From: Candidatus Uhrbacteria bacterium
GTDB taxonomy: Bacteria; Patescibacteriota; Patescibacteriia; UBA9934
Direction of reading: 5' to 3'
Assembly: GCA_943354605.1 (NCBI GenBank)
Contig: CALRCK010000001.1
Span: 148,936-212,935, forward strand
DNA: 64,000 bases
A program made the position numbers and the translations under genes. Positions 8,777 to 18,705 of the stretch are shown in pieces; within the stretch, counting starts at the first letter, position 1, and every line of letters begins with the position of its first letter. The notes under the pieces are model-generated. The model was not told the origin of the DNA. It was given only the letters and a program-made list of their open reading frames with translations, and did no database searches.

Positions 8777-11382
8777 AGCTGAACCGCGACAATCTGCCGC
8801 AGTACGATGACGCTCTTCCTGAGCGATTTTCTGATATTCAACGGAACGACGACGCAAAGAAACTCCACATTCATCAGGGTGTGGGGGAGCCTTCGCCGTA
8901 TATTGTGAAACTTTCTCGCGACGACGCAGCTTTGCGTGCACCAATGAGCGTTGCGGAGGAAATTGAGGCACTTGCAAAGAGCTTGATTATCGATGGAGAT
9001 GATGAGCAGATTTCATTGGAATCGAACCAGGAACATGAGGATCTCGGCATCGATTTTGCGGACATTTCGGGACAACTTCGAGAGTTCGACACGGTCATGC
9101 CACGATCCGAAGCTCCACGAGTAAAACAGACCGCTGCAAAATCTGTTGCGCCGAGCATTTCTTTGGACGATGCGCTTGCGGCATTCATCGAGTCTCCAGT
9201 ATCACTTGAGGCTTTGGTGCCAATAACACCAGTTGTCGAGGAGGCGCCGCTCGAATCCATCGCGCAAGAGCAATTCACCCCTGATGCGCCATCGTCGCCG
9301 TGGGTTGTGACATCGCCGATGGTGGTTCGCGAGGCGCGCCAAGCGTATCATGCACCGTCGTCCACCATGCGGAAGGTGTTGCGTTTTGAATGGGGCTTCT
9401 TGCAACATGCGCCGGTTCGGGCGCTTGCGGCCTTCGTGATGCTGTCGTTTGTGGTGGTGTTGCCGCTGCACGCAATGCAGACGCTTTCCGGCACCGCACA
9501 TCAGGTGGGAGCCGTAAAAGATATCGGTATTGCGGCATTGGATGACGTTTCACGCGCAACATCGGCATTGAGCGCCCGCGACTTTGGCGCGGCGCAAACT
9601 GATTTCTCGGCCGCAGCAGAGAAGTTCGCGAATGCGCAGGACTCGTTGAACGATTTACATGCCGGCGTTGTGGCAATGGTGAACGTTATCCCGCAGACGG
9701 ACCGAACATACGAATCGGTGCGTGGTTTGGTGACGGCTGGTCAGGAGTTGTCACAAACGGCTTCCATTATGACGCAGGCGGGAAGCGGAATTACGTCGCA
9801 GTCTTCAACGGACGTTGTCACAAAACTCAATCTTCTTGGAGCGTATATCGAGAACGCCCTTCCGCATGCATTGGCTGCACAGGCGGCGCTCGCAAAAGTG
9901 GATTCGGCGGTTGTTCCGGCGCAATACACGGAAAAAATCGCAAAGCTTCAGTCGGAAACTCCAGCAATTGCCGCATCAATGCAGGAGTTCTTGAAGTTTG
10001 TGCATACCTTAACGTTCCTGCTTGGTGGCGAGAGCACAATGCGATACCTCGCGCTTTTCCAAAACAACACCGAGCTTCGGCCAACGGGCGGATTCGTGGG
10101 GAGCTTTGCGGAAGTAGACATGGACAACGGTGCTATTGCAAACATGCGACTTCCTGGCGGTGGAACATACGACGTCCAAGGCCAGCTCGACGCGTTTGTG
10201 GCGGCGCCGCAGCCGCTGTCGTTGATTAATCCTCGATGGGAGTTCCAGGACGGAAATTGGTTCCCGGATTTCCCAACGTCTGCAAAAAAGATGCAGTGGT
10301 TTTACGAGCATGCGGGTGGACCAACCACGGACGGTGTCGTGTCGGTGAACGCGACATTCATTGAAAAGCTCCTCGATATTGTTGGGCCGATTGAGATGCC
10401 AGAGTACGGGCTCACGATTGATTCTGAGAATTTCCTCTTTGCAACAGAGAAGGCAGTTGAGGTTGATGCAGATAAAACAAAGAACACCCCAAAGGCGATT
10501 CTTGGCGACATGGCACCGAAACTCATCGAAAGGATGAAGACTGCCGATGCAAAGGAACTGGTGAAGATTGTGATGTTGATCGAGCAAGGGCTGATTGAGC
10601 GAGATATTCAGGTGTATTTCCGAGATAACGACGCGCAGAAGGCAATGCAGGACTTGGGTTTTACCGGAAATGTTGAACAGACAGCGGGTGACTACCTGAT
10701 GGTTGTTGATACGAATGTTGGCGGCGGCAAAACCGACGCGGTGATCGATCAGGCGGTGAATGTTGACGTGAATATTTCCGAATCCGGAACTATTGTGGAC
10801 GACCTTACGCTGACAAAAACGCATCATGGCATGGCGAACGCGTTGTTCAGTGGAAAGAATAACGTTGATTATGTGCGGTTTTACGTGCCGGAGGGAAGCG
10901 TGTTGCTTTCTGCGGATGGATTTGAGCCGCCAGCGAAGAGCCTTTTTGAGCCGTCGGATGTGCCGTTGAACATGGACGACGACCTTTCGATTGTGATGAG
11001 CGGCCAAACGCGCGATGCAATTTCTGGCATGGATATTTGGAATGAGTTTGGAAAGACGGTGTTTGGCGGTTGGGTACAGACGGCGCCGGGCGAAACACAA
11101 GTTATTCATGTGTCGTACCGTATTCCGCAAGTGCTCTTCTCCGCCGATTCGGACACATCGTTCTTTGCTCGCGTGCGTCGGCAGCTCGGATTCGACAATC
11201 ATGACGGGTATTCAATGCTTGCTCAGAAGCAGTCTGGCGTCGTGTCTCGAACAACAACGGTGCATCTAAATTATCCATCGACGTTCAAGACGTATTGGAC
11301 GAATGTTGCTGCGGAAGACACGGATACGGCAACGTTCGATAACCTACGCGATGCATTCTCTGGTTGGATTTTGCATCGGTAA
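8773..11382 (+). CDS. DUF4012-domain membrane protein
   Basis: Central 'YLALFQNNTELRPTGGFVGSFAEVDMDNG' segment typical of DUF4012. N-terminal TM helix. Lies between glycosyltransferase genes. Confidence 0.65.
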   Translation: MKLNRDNLPQYDDALPERFSDIQRNDDAKKLHIHQGVGEPSPYIVKLSRDDAALRAPMSVAEEIEALAKSLIIDGDDEQISLESNQEHEDLGIDFADISGQLREFDTVMPRSEAPRVKQTAAKSVAPSISLDDALAAFIESPVSLEALVPITPVVEEAPLESIAQEQFTPDAPSSPWVVTSPMVVREARQAYHAPSSTMRKVLRFEWGFLQHAPVRALAAFVMLSFVVVLPLHAMQTLSGTAHQVGAVKDIGIAALDDVSRATSALSARDFGAAQTDFSAAAEKFANAQDSLNDLHAGVVAMVNVIPQTDRTYESVRGLVTAGQELSQTASIMTQAGSGITSQSSTDVVTKLNLLGAYIENALPHALAAQAALAKVDSAVVPAQYTEKIAKLQSETPAIAASMQEFLKFVHTLTFLLGGESTMRYLALFQNNTELRPTGGFVGSFAEVDMDNGAIANMRLPGGGTYDVQGQLDAFVAAPQPLSLINPRWEFQDGNWFPDFPTSAKKMQWFYEHAGGPTTDGVVSVNATFIEKLLDIVGPIEMPEYGLTIDSENFLFATEKAVEVDADKTKNTPKAILGDMAPKLIERMKTADAKELVKIVMLIEQGLIERDIQVYFRDNDAQKAMQDLGFTGNVEQTAGDYLMVVDTNVGGGKTDAVIDQAVNVDVNISESGTIVDDLTLTKTHHGMANALFSGKNNVDYVRFYVPEGSVLLSADGFEPPAKSLFEPSDVPLNMDDDLSIVMSGQTRDAISGMDIWNEFGKTVFGGWVQTAPGETQVIHVSYRIPQVLFSADSDTSFFARVRRQLGFDNHDGYSMLAQKQSGVVSRTTTVHLNYPSTFKTYWTNVAAEDTDTATFDNLRDAFSGWILHR

Positions 11383-11385
11383 CCT

Positions 11386-13290
11386 ATGCTCACCAAACGC
11401 CGCCACACGCATCATGCGGAAGCTCGGAATCCAAAGCATTCCGCAGAGCAAATCGATGCCGATATTGACGCGGGTCTTTCGGCGATTTATGGCGACGATC
11501 GCGACGACTTAAAGATTGTGACGAAGGGTGGATCTCGACTCACGCGATTTTTGATTCGTGCGATCGTGCTCCTCACGGCGGCGTGTGCGCTGACGCTTGG
11601 TGGATATGTGGTGTATTCACGTTACTTCGGCCCAGAACAGCAAGGGAAGCCGCTTGCGATGTCGTTCGTTGCTCCAGACGAACTGCAGAGTGGTGCGAAA
11701 ACAACCATTGAGTTCGATTACGCAAATCAAACGTCGTACCCACTGACGAATGTAGAGATCGATATGAATCTTCCTGCCGGATTCGTGTTGCAGTCGTCGA
11801 CGCCGACCGTGACGAGCGCGGAAGACATGGTGTTCGATTTGGGGACGATCGCGGGAAAGAGCGACGGAAAAATTCTCATTGAGGGCATTTGGAATGCGGA
11901 TGTACCAAGCACCACGGGAATTCAGGCACTTGCGGCCTATCAGCCGGCGAATTTTAACGCACAGTTTCATGACATTGTGACGAAAACGATCGCGACGAAC
12001 ACGAGCACGACCGTGATCATCATCGACGCTCCGGAAACAGCGAATGTTGGAGAAACCGTGACGTACACTGTCCACGTGCAAAACGCGGGATCGGAAACAT
12101 TGGTCGCTCCGCAAGTAAAATTGACGCTGCCGACGGGATTCTTTGTGCAAACCAGTGTGCCACCATTGGCTGCCGGCGGGGCGTCAACCTACACGCTTCC
12201 GGATATTCCACCGTCTACACCAACGACAGATTCGGTGGCGAGCGATCCGACGGCTGTTCCCGCGCCGGCTGCTCTTGGAGAGTCCACAATTGTGGTGGTC
12301 GGTGCGTTTGCGTCTGATGCCTCTGGAACACAAACGCTTACGGCGGTGAGTGGTATTGCTGGGTCTCGGTTTTCTCCACAAACCACAACAACAGCGCTGA
12401 CGGACGTGAAGGGGAGCGCGCTGTCGCTCTTGATGGTTGGGAATGGATCACCGGGTACGGTTGTTGCTGATCCAGGCTCGTTATTCCGGATTGCGCTTCG
12501 TATTGAGAATACGAGTGATGCCGCGATTACCGACGCAACAGCGCTTCTCGATTTTACCGCCGAAGATAATTTACCGATTGATTGGAGTACTGCGGTACTT
12601 GCTGGAGGAAAAATTACTGCGAAAGGTGTTGCTTTTGACGCAAAATCTCTTGGGAGTATTGCTGCTGGGGATCATAAAACACTCGATCTTGCGTTTCCGC
12701 TGAAAGTGGATCTTTCTGCGGTAAGCAGTAGTTTTTCTGTTGCGTTTCGTGCAACGCGCGGTGCAATAACCGTCCAGGCGTCGCCGTTAACCGTCCAGTT
12801 GAATTCCGATGCGGCGGTGTTGAGCGCTTTGCGATATTTTGACGATGATGGTGCACCGCTCGGAAGTGGTCCGTTGCCGCCAGTGGTTGGAAGCACAACA
12901 CATTATCGGGCAACGTGGACGATTGCGAGTGGGTTGCATGGATTAGATGATATTACGGTTTCCGCCACACTTCCTGAAGGCGTAGTGTGGGACGATTTCT
13001 CCACGGCAACGAGCGGATCGATGTCGTACGACTCGGGAACCCGAACGGTTCGTTGGACGATGTCGAGTATTCCATCCGGATCTGCGGCAGTGACGGCGCG
13101 ATTCAGTGTATCGATCACCCCAACGGTCGCCGATGTTGGTCTTGCAAAGACGTTGGTTGGAAAGACGGTACTGAACGCAAAAGACGATATAACAGGATCG
13201 GTCCTCGAACGATCCGCTGATGCTGTGACCACCGAATGCGAAGGTGATGTGTTGGCAACGGGGAAGGGAGCAGTAAAGGCGGGGGTGTAA
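11386..13290 (+). CDS. membrane-anchored surface protein with repeated Ig-like/DUF11-like segments
   Basis: Basic N-terminus, one TM helix, then a T/S/V/A-rich repetitive ectodomain. Confidence 0.45.
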   Translation: MLTKRRHTHHAEARNPKHSAEQIDADIDAGLSAIYGDDRDDLKIVTKGGSRLTRFLIRAIVLLTAACALTLGGYVVYSRYFGPEQQGKPLAMSFVAPDELQSGAKTTIEFDYANQTSYPLTNVEIDMNLPAGFVLQSSTPTVTSAEDMVFDLGTIAGKSDGKILIEGIWNADVPSTTGIQALAAYQPANFNAQFHDIVTKTIATNTSTTVIIIDAPETANVGETVTYTVHVQNAGSETLVAPQVKLTLPTGFFVQTSVPPLAAGGASTYTLPDIPPSTPTTDSVASDPTAVPAPAALGESTIVVVGAFASDASGTQTLTAVSGIAGSRFSPQTTTTALTDVKGSALSLLMVGNGSPGTVVADPGSLFRIALRIENTSDAAITDATALLDFTAEDNLPIDWSTAVLAGGKITAKGVAFDAKSLGSIAAGDHKTLDLAFPLKVDLSAVSSSFSVAFRATRGAITVQASPLTVQLNSDAAVLSALRYFDDDGAPLGSGPLPPVVGSTTHYRATWTIASGLHGLDDITVSATLPEGVVWDDFSTATSGSMSYDSGTRTVRWTMSSIPSGSAAVTARFSVSITPTVADVGLAKTLVGKTVLNAKDDITGSVLERSADAVTTECEGDVLATGKGAVKAGV

Positions 13291-13386
13291 CCGAAGTGAT
13301 CTGATCTTGGACAGGTTGTGACAGGGGAGAGCAAAAATGTTGTGGGAAGTGTACGCGTATGGTGTGTGTTTTTTTGGTTCCTGCAA

Positions 13387-13463
13387 GTGTAAAGAGGTCT
13401 TTACATACCCTTCTCCACTTTTATTGGGCTTTTTGATCAGAAAAGTGTAAAGACCTCTTTACA
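13387..13463. repeat. Two copies of an 18-bp palindrome (TGTAAAGAggTCTTTACA / TGTAAAGAccTCTTTACA) in inverted orientation, about 58 bp apart, in a convergent intergenic region
   Basis: Seen directly. Each unit is an 8-bp-arm palindrome, and together they can form a ~20-bp stem. Confidence 0.5.
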
Positions 13464-13539
13464 CTCGCAGATGAGGAATATGAGCACGCCCCGCCGCCGA
13501 TGATTCTGCTTTTTCGTTCCACTCACATTTTTCAAAGGA

Positions 13540-14694
13540 TCAGTGTTTTGTTGCGATCTCTCGCAGCGTTTGGAGGATAATCGATCCGGTCTTTTCCCAG
13601 GAAAACTGTTGTGCGCGTTCCGTGCCTCGAGCCCTGAGGATGCCTTGGAGCTTTGGACCGTGAGGTTCGTCGAGAAGTTGATGGAGCGCTTGGACAATGT
13701 CGGTGATATTGAGGGGATCAACGTAGAGCGCGGCGTTGCCGGCAACATCGGGAAGCGAAGATGTGATGCTCGTCATGACCGGAGTTCCGCATGCCATTGC
13801 CTCAAGAACAGGCAGGCCGAAGCCTTCGTAGAATGAGGGGAAGAGGAGTGTTTTTGCACCCCGGATCAGTGCAGCTTTATGCTTTTCCGGAACGTACGCT
13901 ACTTCGCGAATGTCGTCGCGATATGCTGACGCGGCAAGTGCGGCGTCGATGTGTCGCGTTTTCCATCCTTTTGCGCCGGCAAGCACGAGTGGGATTGCTT
14001 TTCCACCATGGTCGCGGAACATGGTGTATGCCGTAATGACACTGTCGATATTTTTTCGCGGTTCGCGAGTGGCGAGGGCAAGAAGATATGGCTGGTTTAG
14101 ATCGTATGCCGCTCGGTACGATTTATCCGACGGCTGTTCGCGTGGGCCGTACACGCTGTGATCAACACCAAGGTTGGCAACGGTGACTCGATCTGGGAGG
14201 ACGTTATAGTACTCAATAGCGTCGTTTTTACTGTGTTCTGAGACTGCGATGACGCGCTTCGCTTCCCGAAACACGCGGCTTTCATTCGTCACCAGAGCGC
14301 GAAGATGGTCTTTGAGCGTGAAAAAGTTTGGAACCGTGCGCAGTGTCGCGTCGTGGAAGATGACGGCGTACGGAAGTGTTGTTTTCAAAAGATGTGCATT
14401 TGGAAAGAGCCAAACGTCCGGAGTTTGTGGGAGGAACCGTTCCATGGTTGGCCCATGGGGAATCGCCCAAAGCGCGCTGGCGATTTTGTTTGGGATGGTC
14501 ACCGGCGAGAGGACAATATTTGGCTCCCGAAACGCCGGAAGGTTCATGAGTGTTTCTTCTGTTCCGGTCGCAAAAAGCAGAAACGTATCATTTGGGGCTT
14601 GCGCGGCCATGGTTCGCACGAGTGACTCTGTCACAATGCCCACTCCAGTTTTGTGGGGCGCAGTCAGTGATCGAATGTCTATAGCGAACTTCAT
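13540..14694 (-). CDS. glycosyltransferase family 4
   Basis: 'MKFAIDIRSL...' and a C-terminal 'EGFGLPVLEAMACGTPV' motif. Confidence 0.8.
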   Translation of the reverse strand: MKFAIDIRSLTAPHKTGVGIVTESLVRTMAAQAPNDTFLLFATGTEETLMNLPAFREPNIVLSPVTIPNKIASALWAIPHGPTMERFLPQTPDVWLFPNAHLLKTTLPYAVIFHDATLRTVPNFFTLKDHLRALVTNESRVFREAKRVIAVSEHSKNDAIEYYNVLPDRVTVANLGVDHSVYGPREQPSDKSYRAAYDLNQPYLLALATREPRKNIDSVITAYTMFRDHGGKAIPLVLAGAKGWKTRHIDAALAASAYRDDIREVAYVPEKHKAALIRGAKTLLFPSFYEGFGLPVLEAMACGTPVMTSITSSLPDVAGNAALYVDPLNITDIVQALHQLLDEPHGPKLQGILRARGTERAQQFSWEKTGSIILQTLREIATKH

Positions 14695-15797
14695 GATCGG
14701 CTCGCGTTTTTTTCTTCCCAGGTTTTTGTGACGGCGTCGTGCATGGCTTTCCGGAAATTCGAGAGTGAGAACTGCTCCGCGTACGCTTTAATCGCCGAAG
14801 GATTGAATGTGCTCTCCTTAAAATGCAGAACCGTGTCTGCAAGCGCTTCCCAACTTTGCTCTTCAAAGAATGTTCCGGTAACGCCTTCAACCACCGTTTC
14901 GGTTGCACCACCTTTGTTGAAGGCAATCACCGGACGGCCGGCAGCCATGGATTCCACGGCGGTCATTCCAAAATCTTCTTCATGCGGATGAATGAATGCG
15001 ATCGCATTTGCAAAAAGCCGTGCGCGTTCGTCGTCGGTGATGCGTCCAACAAACGTAATATTCTCGTTTGCCATGGCACGAAGATTCGCTTCTTCCGGGC
15101 CACTGCCAAAAACAACGAGCGGCATGCCGAGGCGATTGAATGCTTCAACGACGAGATCGTAGCGCTTGTACGATACAAGTCGGCCACCAATGAGAAATGC
15201 GGTTTTTGGTGCGGCGCTGATGGAAAATTCTTCCGTGTTTACTGGCGGGTGAATAACAATACTGTCCTTACCGTAATATTTTTTGATGCGCTGACGGACG
15301 GTTTCGGAATTCGCCACAAAAAGGTCCACGCGGTCTGCTGCGAGCTTATCCCAGCTTCGAAGAATGCTCTGGAGAATGGGAAGAAACGCCTTGACGAATC
15401 CCGGAGCGCGAAGTTCGTCTACATAACTTGTTGCGTCGCTCCACAGGTACCGCGTCGGTGTATGGCAGTAGCAAACGTGAATGGCCTTCGCATTCGTCAC
15501 AACACCCTTCGCAAAACTGCTCGCGCTGGAAACAACAACGTCGTACTCATTCAGCGGATAGTGTTCGGTGGCAACCGGCATGAGGGGCAGGAGCCAACGC
15601 ATTCGCCGAATCGCGCCAGGGATTTTTTGAAGAAACGACGTGCGAATATCTTTGTGGCCAAAGACGGGGTCCATTGCGGATGCGTCGTAGAGAAGGGTGT
15701 ATGTTGGTGCAAGTGGCCAAAGGCTTTGCAGCACCTCAAGGACCCGCTCCGCTCCACCAAGTTGCGTCAGATGATCGTGGACAAGAGCAACCCGCAT
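14691..15797 (-). CDS. glycosyltransferase family 4
   Basis: 'MRVALVHDHL...' and 'EDFGMTAVESMAAGRPVIA'. Confidence 0.8.
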   Translation of the reverse strand: MRVALVHDHLTQLGGAERVLEVLQSLWPLAPTYTLLYDASAMDPVFGHKDIRTSFLQKIPGAIRRMRWLLPLMPVATEHYPLNEYDVVVSSASSFAKGVVTNAKAIHVCYCHTPTRYLWSDATSYVDELRAPGFVKAFLPILQSILRSWDKLAADRVDLFVANSETVRQRIKKYYGKDSIVIHPPVNTEEFSISAAPKTAFLIGGRLVSYKRYDLVVEAFNRLGMPLVVFGSGPEEANLRAMANENITFVGRITDDERARLFANAIAFIHPHEEDFGMTAVESMAAGRPVIAFNKGGATETVVEGVTGTFFEEQSWEALADTVLHFKESTFNPSAIKAYAEQFSLSNFRKAMHDAVTKTWEEKNASRS

Positions 15798-15814
15798 AAT
15801 AATGCATCAAGAGG

Positions 15815-17215
15815 TTAGTAGGCGCCGCTTCGAAAAAGGACTGCCAGTGGAGTTTTCATAACGATCACCAGGTCCAGCCAGGGGCTCCAGTTCTCAATAT
15901 AGTACATATCTAGTCGGACTTCGTCGTCGAAGTCAAGCGATGCCCGGCCACTCACTTGAGCCATGCCGGTAATACCCGGTTTGATGGTGAGAACCTTGCG
16001 CTGGTGCGGTTTGTACATCGCAACCTCTTCTGGAAGGTGCGGACGGGGCCCCACAAGACTCATACTGCCCATGAGCACCGAATAAAACTGCGGAATTTCA
16101 TCTAAACTCCAATTGCGAATGAATTTGCCAACGCGGGTAACGCGGGGATCGTTCTGCAGCTTAAAGAGAGGCGTGCCTTCGCGTTCGTTGCCGTAGGTTT
16201 TGAGGAATTCAGGATCGGATCGGAGTGCGTGGGCGCCTTGGACCATCGATCGGAATTTCAAGAAGGAAAACTCTTTGCCGCTTTGGCCAACCCGAGGACG
16301 GGAAAAAAAGATCGATCCCGGGTTCTCGATGACGATGGCGAGCGCGATGAGAATTTGCAGTGGGAATGTGAGAATGATGAGTATAGTGGAAGCGATGATA
16401 TCGAAAATGCGCTTATAGATTGCGCCCCATCCGTCTAATGGAGTTTTCGGTACTTCGATGACCGGTTGTTCGGCGAATGTGTGCATGATTGGCCGAAGCG
16501 TGCTGCCGGCAAAGAGATCGGCGCTATACAGGAATGTGCAGTGTTCAATGTCGGTAAAGACTTTGATGGCGGTAACGTCAACGCGAGACGCATCAGGATC
16601 TGCAAGGACGATGGCGTCGAGTTCGTCGTTCTTTTTGAGCTCAAGGAGCCGCTCGCGGCTCTCCGAAGTGAATTGTGCAATGTGGGAAACCACGCGGTAG
16701 CCAACGCTTGGGTGGGTTTCGAAGAACCGCTTGAGTTCGTTTCCACTCTTTGTTTTCCCAATGATAACGACGGAATGGACGCCGATGCCGAATCGGCGAA
16801 GGGATCGCTGGAGCATTCGGAGAAGAATGCGAATGGTGAGCACGAAGACGATCGCCAAAATCCATGCGGCGAGCACGATGAATCGGGATTCGAAGAGCGC
16901 ACGGGAGAAGAAAGCAACGGCGAGAATAATCGCGATACTCGTGGAAACGCCAGTGACGACGCGGGTCATTTCGGACGCGATCCGACGCGGGTGAATAACG
17001 TACAGACCAGACATCGCAAAAATCGCCATGGTGATGAGCGCCATGGGGAGAATAACGCCGACGTATTGTTCGAACGACAGCGCGAAGAGAATCGGTTTGA
17101 TGGAGGTGAAAAGGGAGGTAAAGCGAAGGGAATATGCCGCCATTGCTGCAGAAACGAGTGCAAGATAATCGAGAGGGATGAGGAGTGACGCAAATGCTAA
17201 ATCTGCTCGCTTCAT
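15815..17215 (-). CDS. polyprenyl-phosphate glycosyl-1-phosphate transferase (WbaP/EpsB-like bacterial sugar transferase)
   Basis: C-terminal 'FFSRPRVGQSGKEFSFLKFRSM...LDEIPQFYSVLMGSMSLVGPRP' bacterial sugar transferase domain with N-terminal TM helices. I chose the start at 'MKRADL'. Confidence 0.8.
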   Translation of the reverse strand: MKRADLAFASLLIPLDYLALVSAAMAAYSLRFTSLFTSIKPILFALSFEQYVGVILPMALITMAIFAMSGLYVIHPRRIASEMTRVVTGVSTSIAIILAVAFFSRALFESRFIVLAAWILAIVFVLTIRILLRMLQRSLRRFGIGVHSVVIIGKTKSGNELKRFFETHPSVGYRVVSHIAQFTSESRERLLELKKNDELDAIVLADPDASRVDVTAIKVFTDIEHCTFLYSADLFAGSTLRPIMHTFAEQPVIEVPKTPLDGWGAIYKRIFDIIASTILIILTFPLQILIALAIVIENPGSIFFSRPRVGQSGKEFSFLKFRSMVQGAHALRSDPEFLKTYGNEREGTPLFKLQNDPRVTRVGKFIRNWSLDEIPQFYSVLMGSMSLVGPRPHLPEEVAMYKPHQRKVLTIKPGITGMAQVSGRASLDFDDEVRLDMYYIENWSPWLDLVIVMKTPLAVLFRSGAY

Positions 17216-17295
17216 ATGCGAGTAGTTTACACCAGAAACGAAAATCACGACCGTCTGGCCGTGATTCTCGATAATGCTTTCCGTTGGGGGATACT

Positions 17296-17721
17296 GGTAA
17301 GCCGAATTTTGTCATAGCGCGAATCTTCCACCACGAAGACTGTTGCCGGGACGATCATCTCTCTGTGCGAGCGACCAATCTTGCTCTTGCACCAGCGTGG
17401 GTTTGCCACACGTTCATGTTGCCATGACGTGAGCGATGAAGCATGTGCCTTGCGGCAACACACACCATCGCACTTTTCACTTTTGATCAGACCGAAGCCT
17501 GACTTGTATGGTCTCTGTGGTACTTTCCCTCGGTTTAAGCATCGTCATTCAGGGCGATGGTGCGCCGATTCTGAATCGTCATGCTGTATGCCGGGTCGCC
17601 GTTAGCGACACACTGTTTCGTCTGCGATTGCTCGCAAACGGGTGTTCGGACTTTCCTCTCTGCGCAGCCCCAGTGGAGCCACGCCGAGCGACCGCCTTAT
17701 ATCCCCAGCGGAAGGCAAGAA
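17296..17721 (-). ncRNA. rnpB: RNase P RNA (bacterial type A-like)
   Basis: The minus strand carries 'AGGAAAGUCCGAAcACCC' (P4 5' strand) and 'ACAAAAUUCGGCUUACC' (P4 3' strand), with compensatory GG→AA / CC→UU pairing. It also has 'GUGAAAAGUGCG' and possible P1 pairing CCGCUGGGGAUA/UAUCCCCCAACGG. It fills an otherwise gene-free 500-bp gap. The ends are approximate. Confidence 0.6.
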
Positions 17722-17846
17722 TAGCAGAAAAAGACTGAAAAGTAAACTTGGCAAAATAAAGCTGTTTTTTTAAACGACAGACGGCGCCCCACGTTGAGGC
17801 GCCGCTGCGTAGTGTTCTCGAGCCGAAGCCCGGAACGAAGGTCACG

Positions 17847-18470
17847 TCACGGGAAGTTCGGCCACCACGTCTCGAAGGCGTTCGGAGCGTTGAAGGTCGC
17901 GGCGTTCGGGCGTTCGCGCTTGAGGCGCTCGGCGTAGGCCGCGGCGATCTCGATGCACTCGGCGGAGAGGCCACACTTCGAGGAGACGTGGCTCAGCGCC
18001 AAGTCTTTCACCTCGGGGACGAGGCTCGCCGTGCAGATCGTCAGCATCGCCTTCACCTTCTGGATCACCATCTCGGCCGCTTCGCTGGGGAAGCAGAGCG
18101 GGACGAGCTGTTCGGCGTTCTTCGTACCCTGACACACCTCTGTGCCCATCGCTGCCGCTTTTCGCCGAGCCTGGATGCTGCTCGCCGTGGGCTGGCGGGA
18201 GAGCCACATGCTGACCACGAGCAGGGCGAGCCGCTTGTCCTCCGGGAAGTCGGAGTTGCCGCACAGCTCACGGAGCTCCAAGACGGTGATGCTGTCGGGG
18301 AGCCGGTTCGGGAGAACCTGCTTCCGACGCGGGGCGGGCGACGGGGGGCCGCCCTTGAGCTTGCCGCTATTGCCCTTGGGCGTGGAGTCCGGCTCGCTGG
18401 CCCACCCTTTGTCGAGGGTGGCACGACGGCCGGTGCCGGAGGGTGAAGCGAAAGGGGAGTCGAAGAACAT
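17847..18470 (-). CDS. hypothetical protein (inside a GC-rich island)
   Basis: 207-aa ORF preceded by a TTGACG-N18-TATACT promoter-like sequence and followed by hairpins. No family recognised. Confidence 0.4.
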   Translation of the reverse strand: MFFDSPFASPSGTGRRATLDKGWASEPDSTPKGNSGKLKGGPPSPAPRRKQVLPNRLPDSITVLELRELCGNSDFPEDKRLALLVVSMWLSRQPTASSIQARRKAAAMGTEVCQGTKNAEQLVPLCFPSEAAEMVIQKVKAMLTICTASLVPEVKDLALSHVSSKCGLSAECIEIAAAYAERLKRERPNAATFNAPNAFETWWPNFP

Positions 18471-18535
18471 GGAGAGACCTCTGTAGTGTCTGACGTGGGG
18501 TTGCCACCACCGGCGATTCCGGGGGAGCGGGGGAA

Positions 18536-18565
18536 AGTATATGCCACTTTTTTGGCAAACGTCAA
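18536..18565 (-). promoter_or_regulatory. sigma70-like promoter (TTGACG-N18-TATACT) for the 17847..18470 gene
   Basis: Read on the minus strand as 'TTGACGtttgccaaaaaagtggcaTATACT'. Confidence 0.4.
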
Positions 18566-18584
18566 TAAATTTTCCTAAAAGTAG

Positions 18585-18663
18585 TGCGATAAAAATCGAA
18601 TCCCTCCGATCTACGCGTGAGATCGGAGGGTCCGTGGGTGCGGCGGCTGATGAGCCGCCGCAC
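18585..18663 (-). terminator. Two tandem perfect hairpins (18602-18630 and 18638-18663) followed by a U-run on the minus strand, forming a terminator for the 18706..19122 gene
   Basis: ccctccgatc-N9-gatcggaggg and gtgcggcggc-tgatga-gccgccgcac, followed on the minus strand by 'AUUCGAUUUUUAUC'. Confidence 0.5.
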
Positions 18664-18705
18664 CGGGTTGTGGAGCCGAACGGCGAGCGAAGCTCGGTCG
18701 CCTGG

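Noticed and set aside
10009-11202. 397-aa minus-strand ORF inside the DUF4012 gene. There are also similar long antisense ORFs inside valS (35008-36213), tyrS (38146-39135) and groEL (57343-58425).
   Set aside because: They are antisense to strongly supported genes, with His/Arg-rich unnatural composition.
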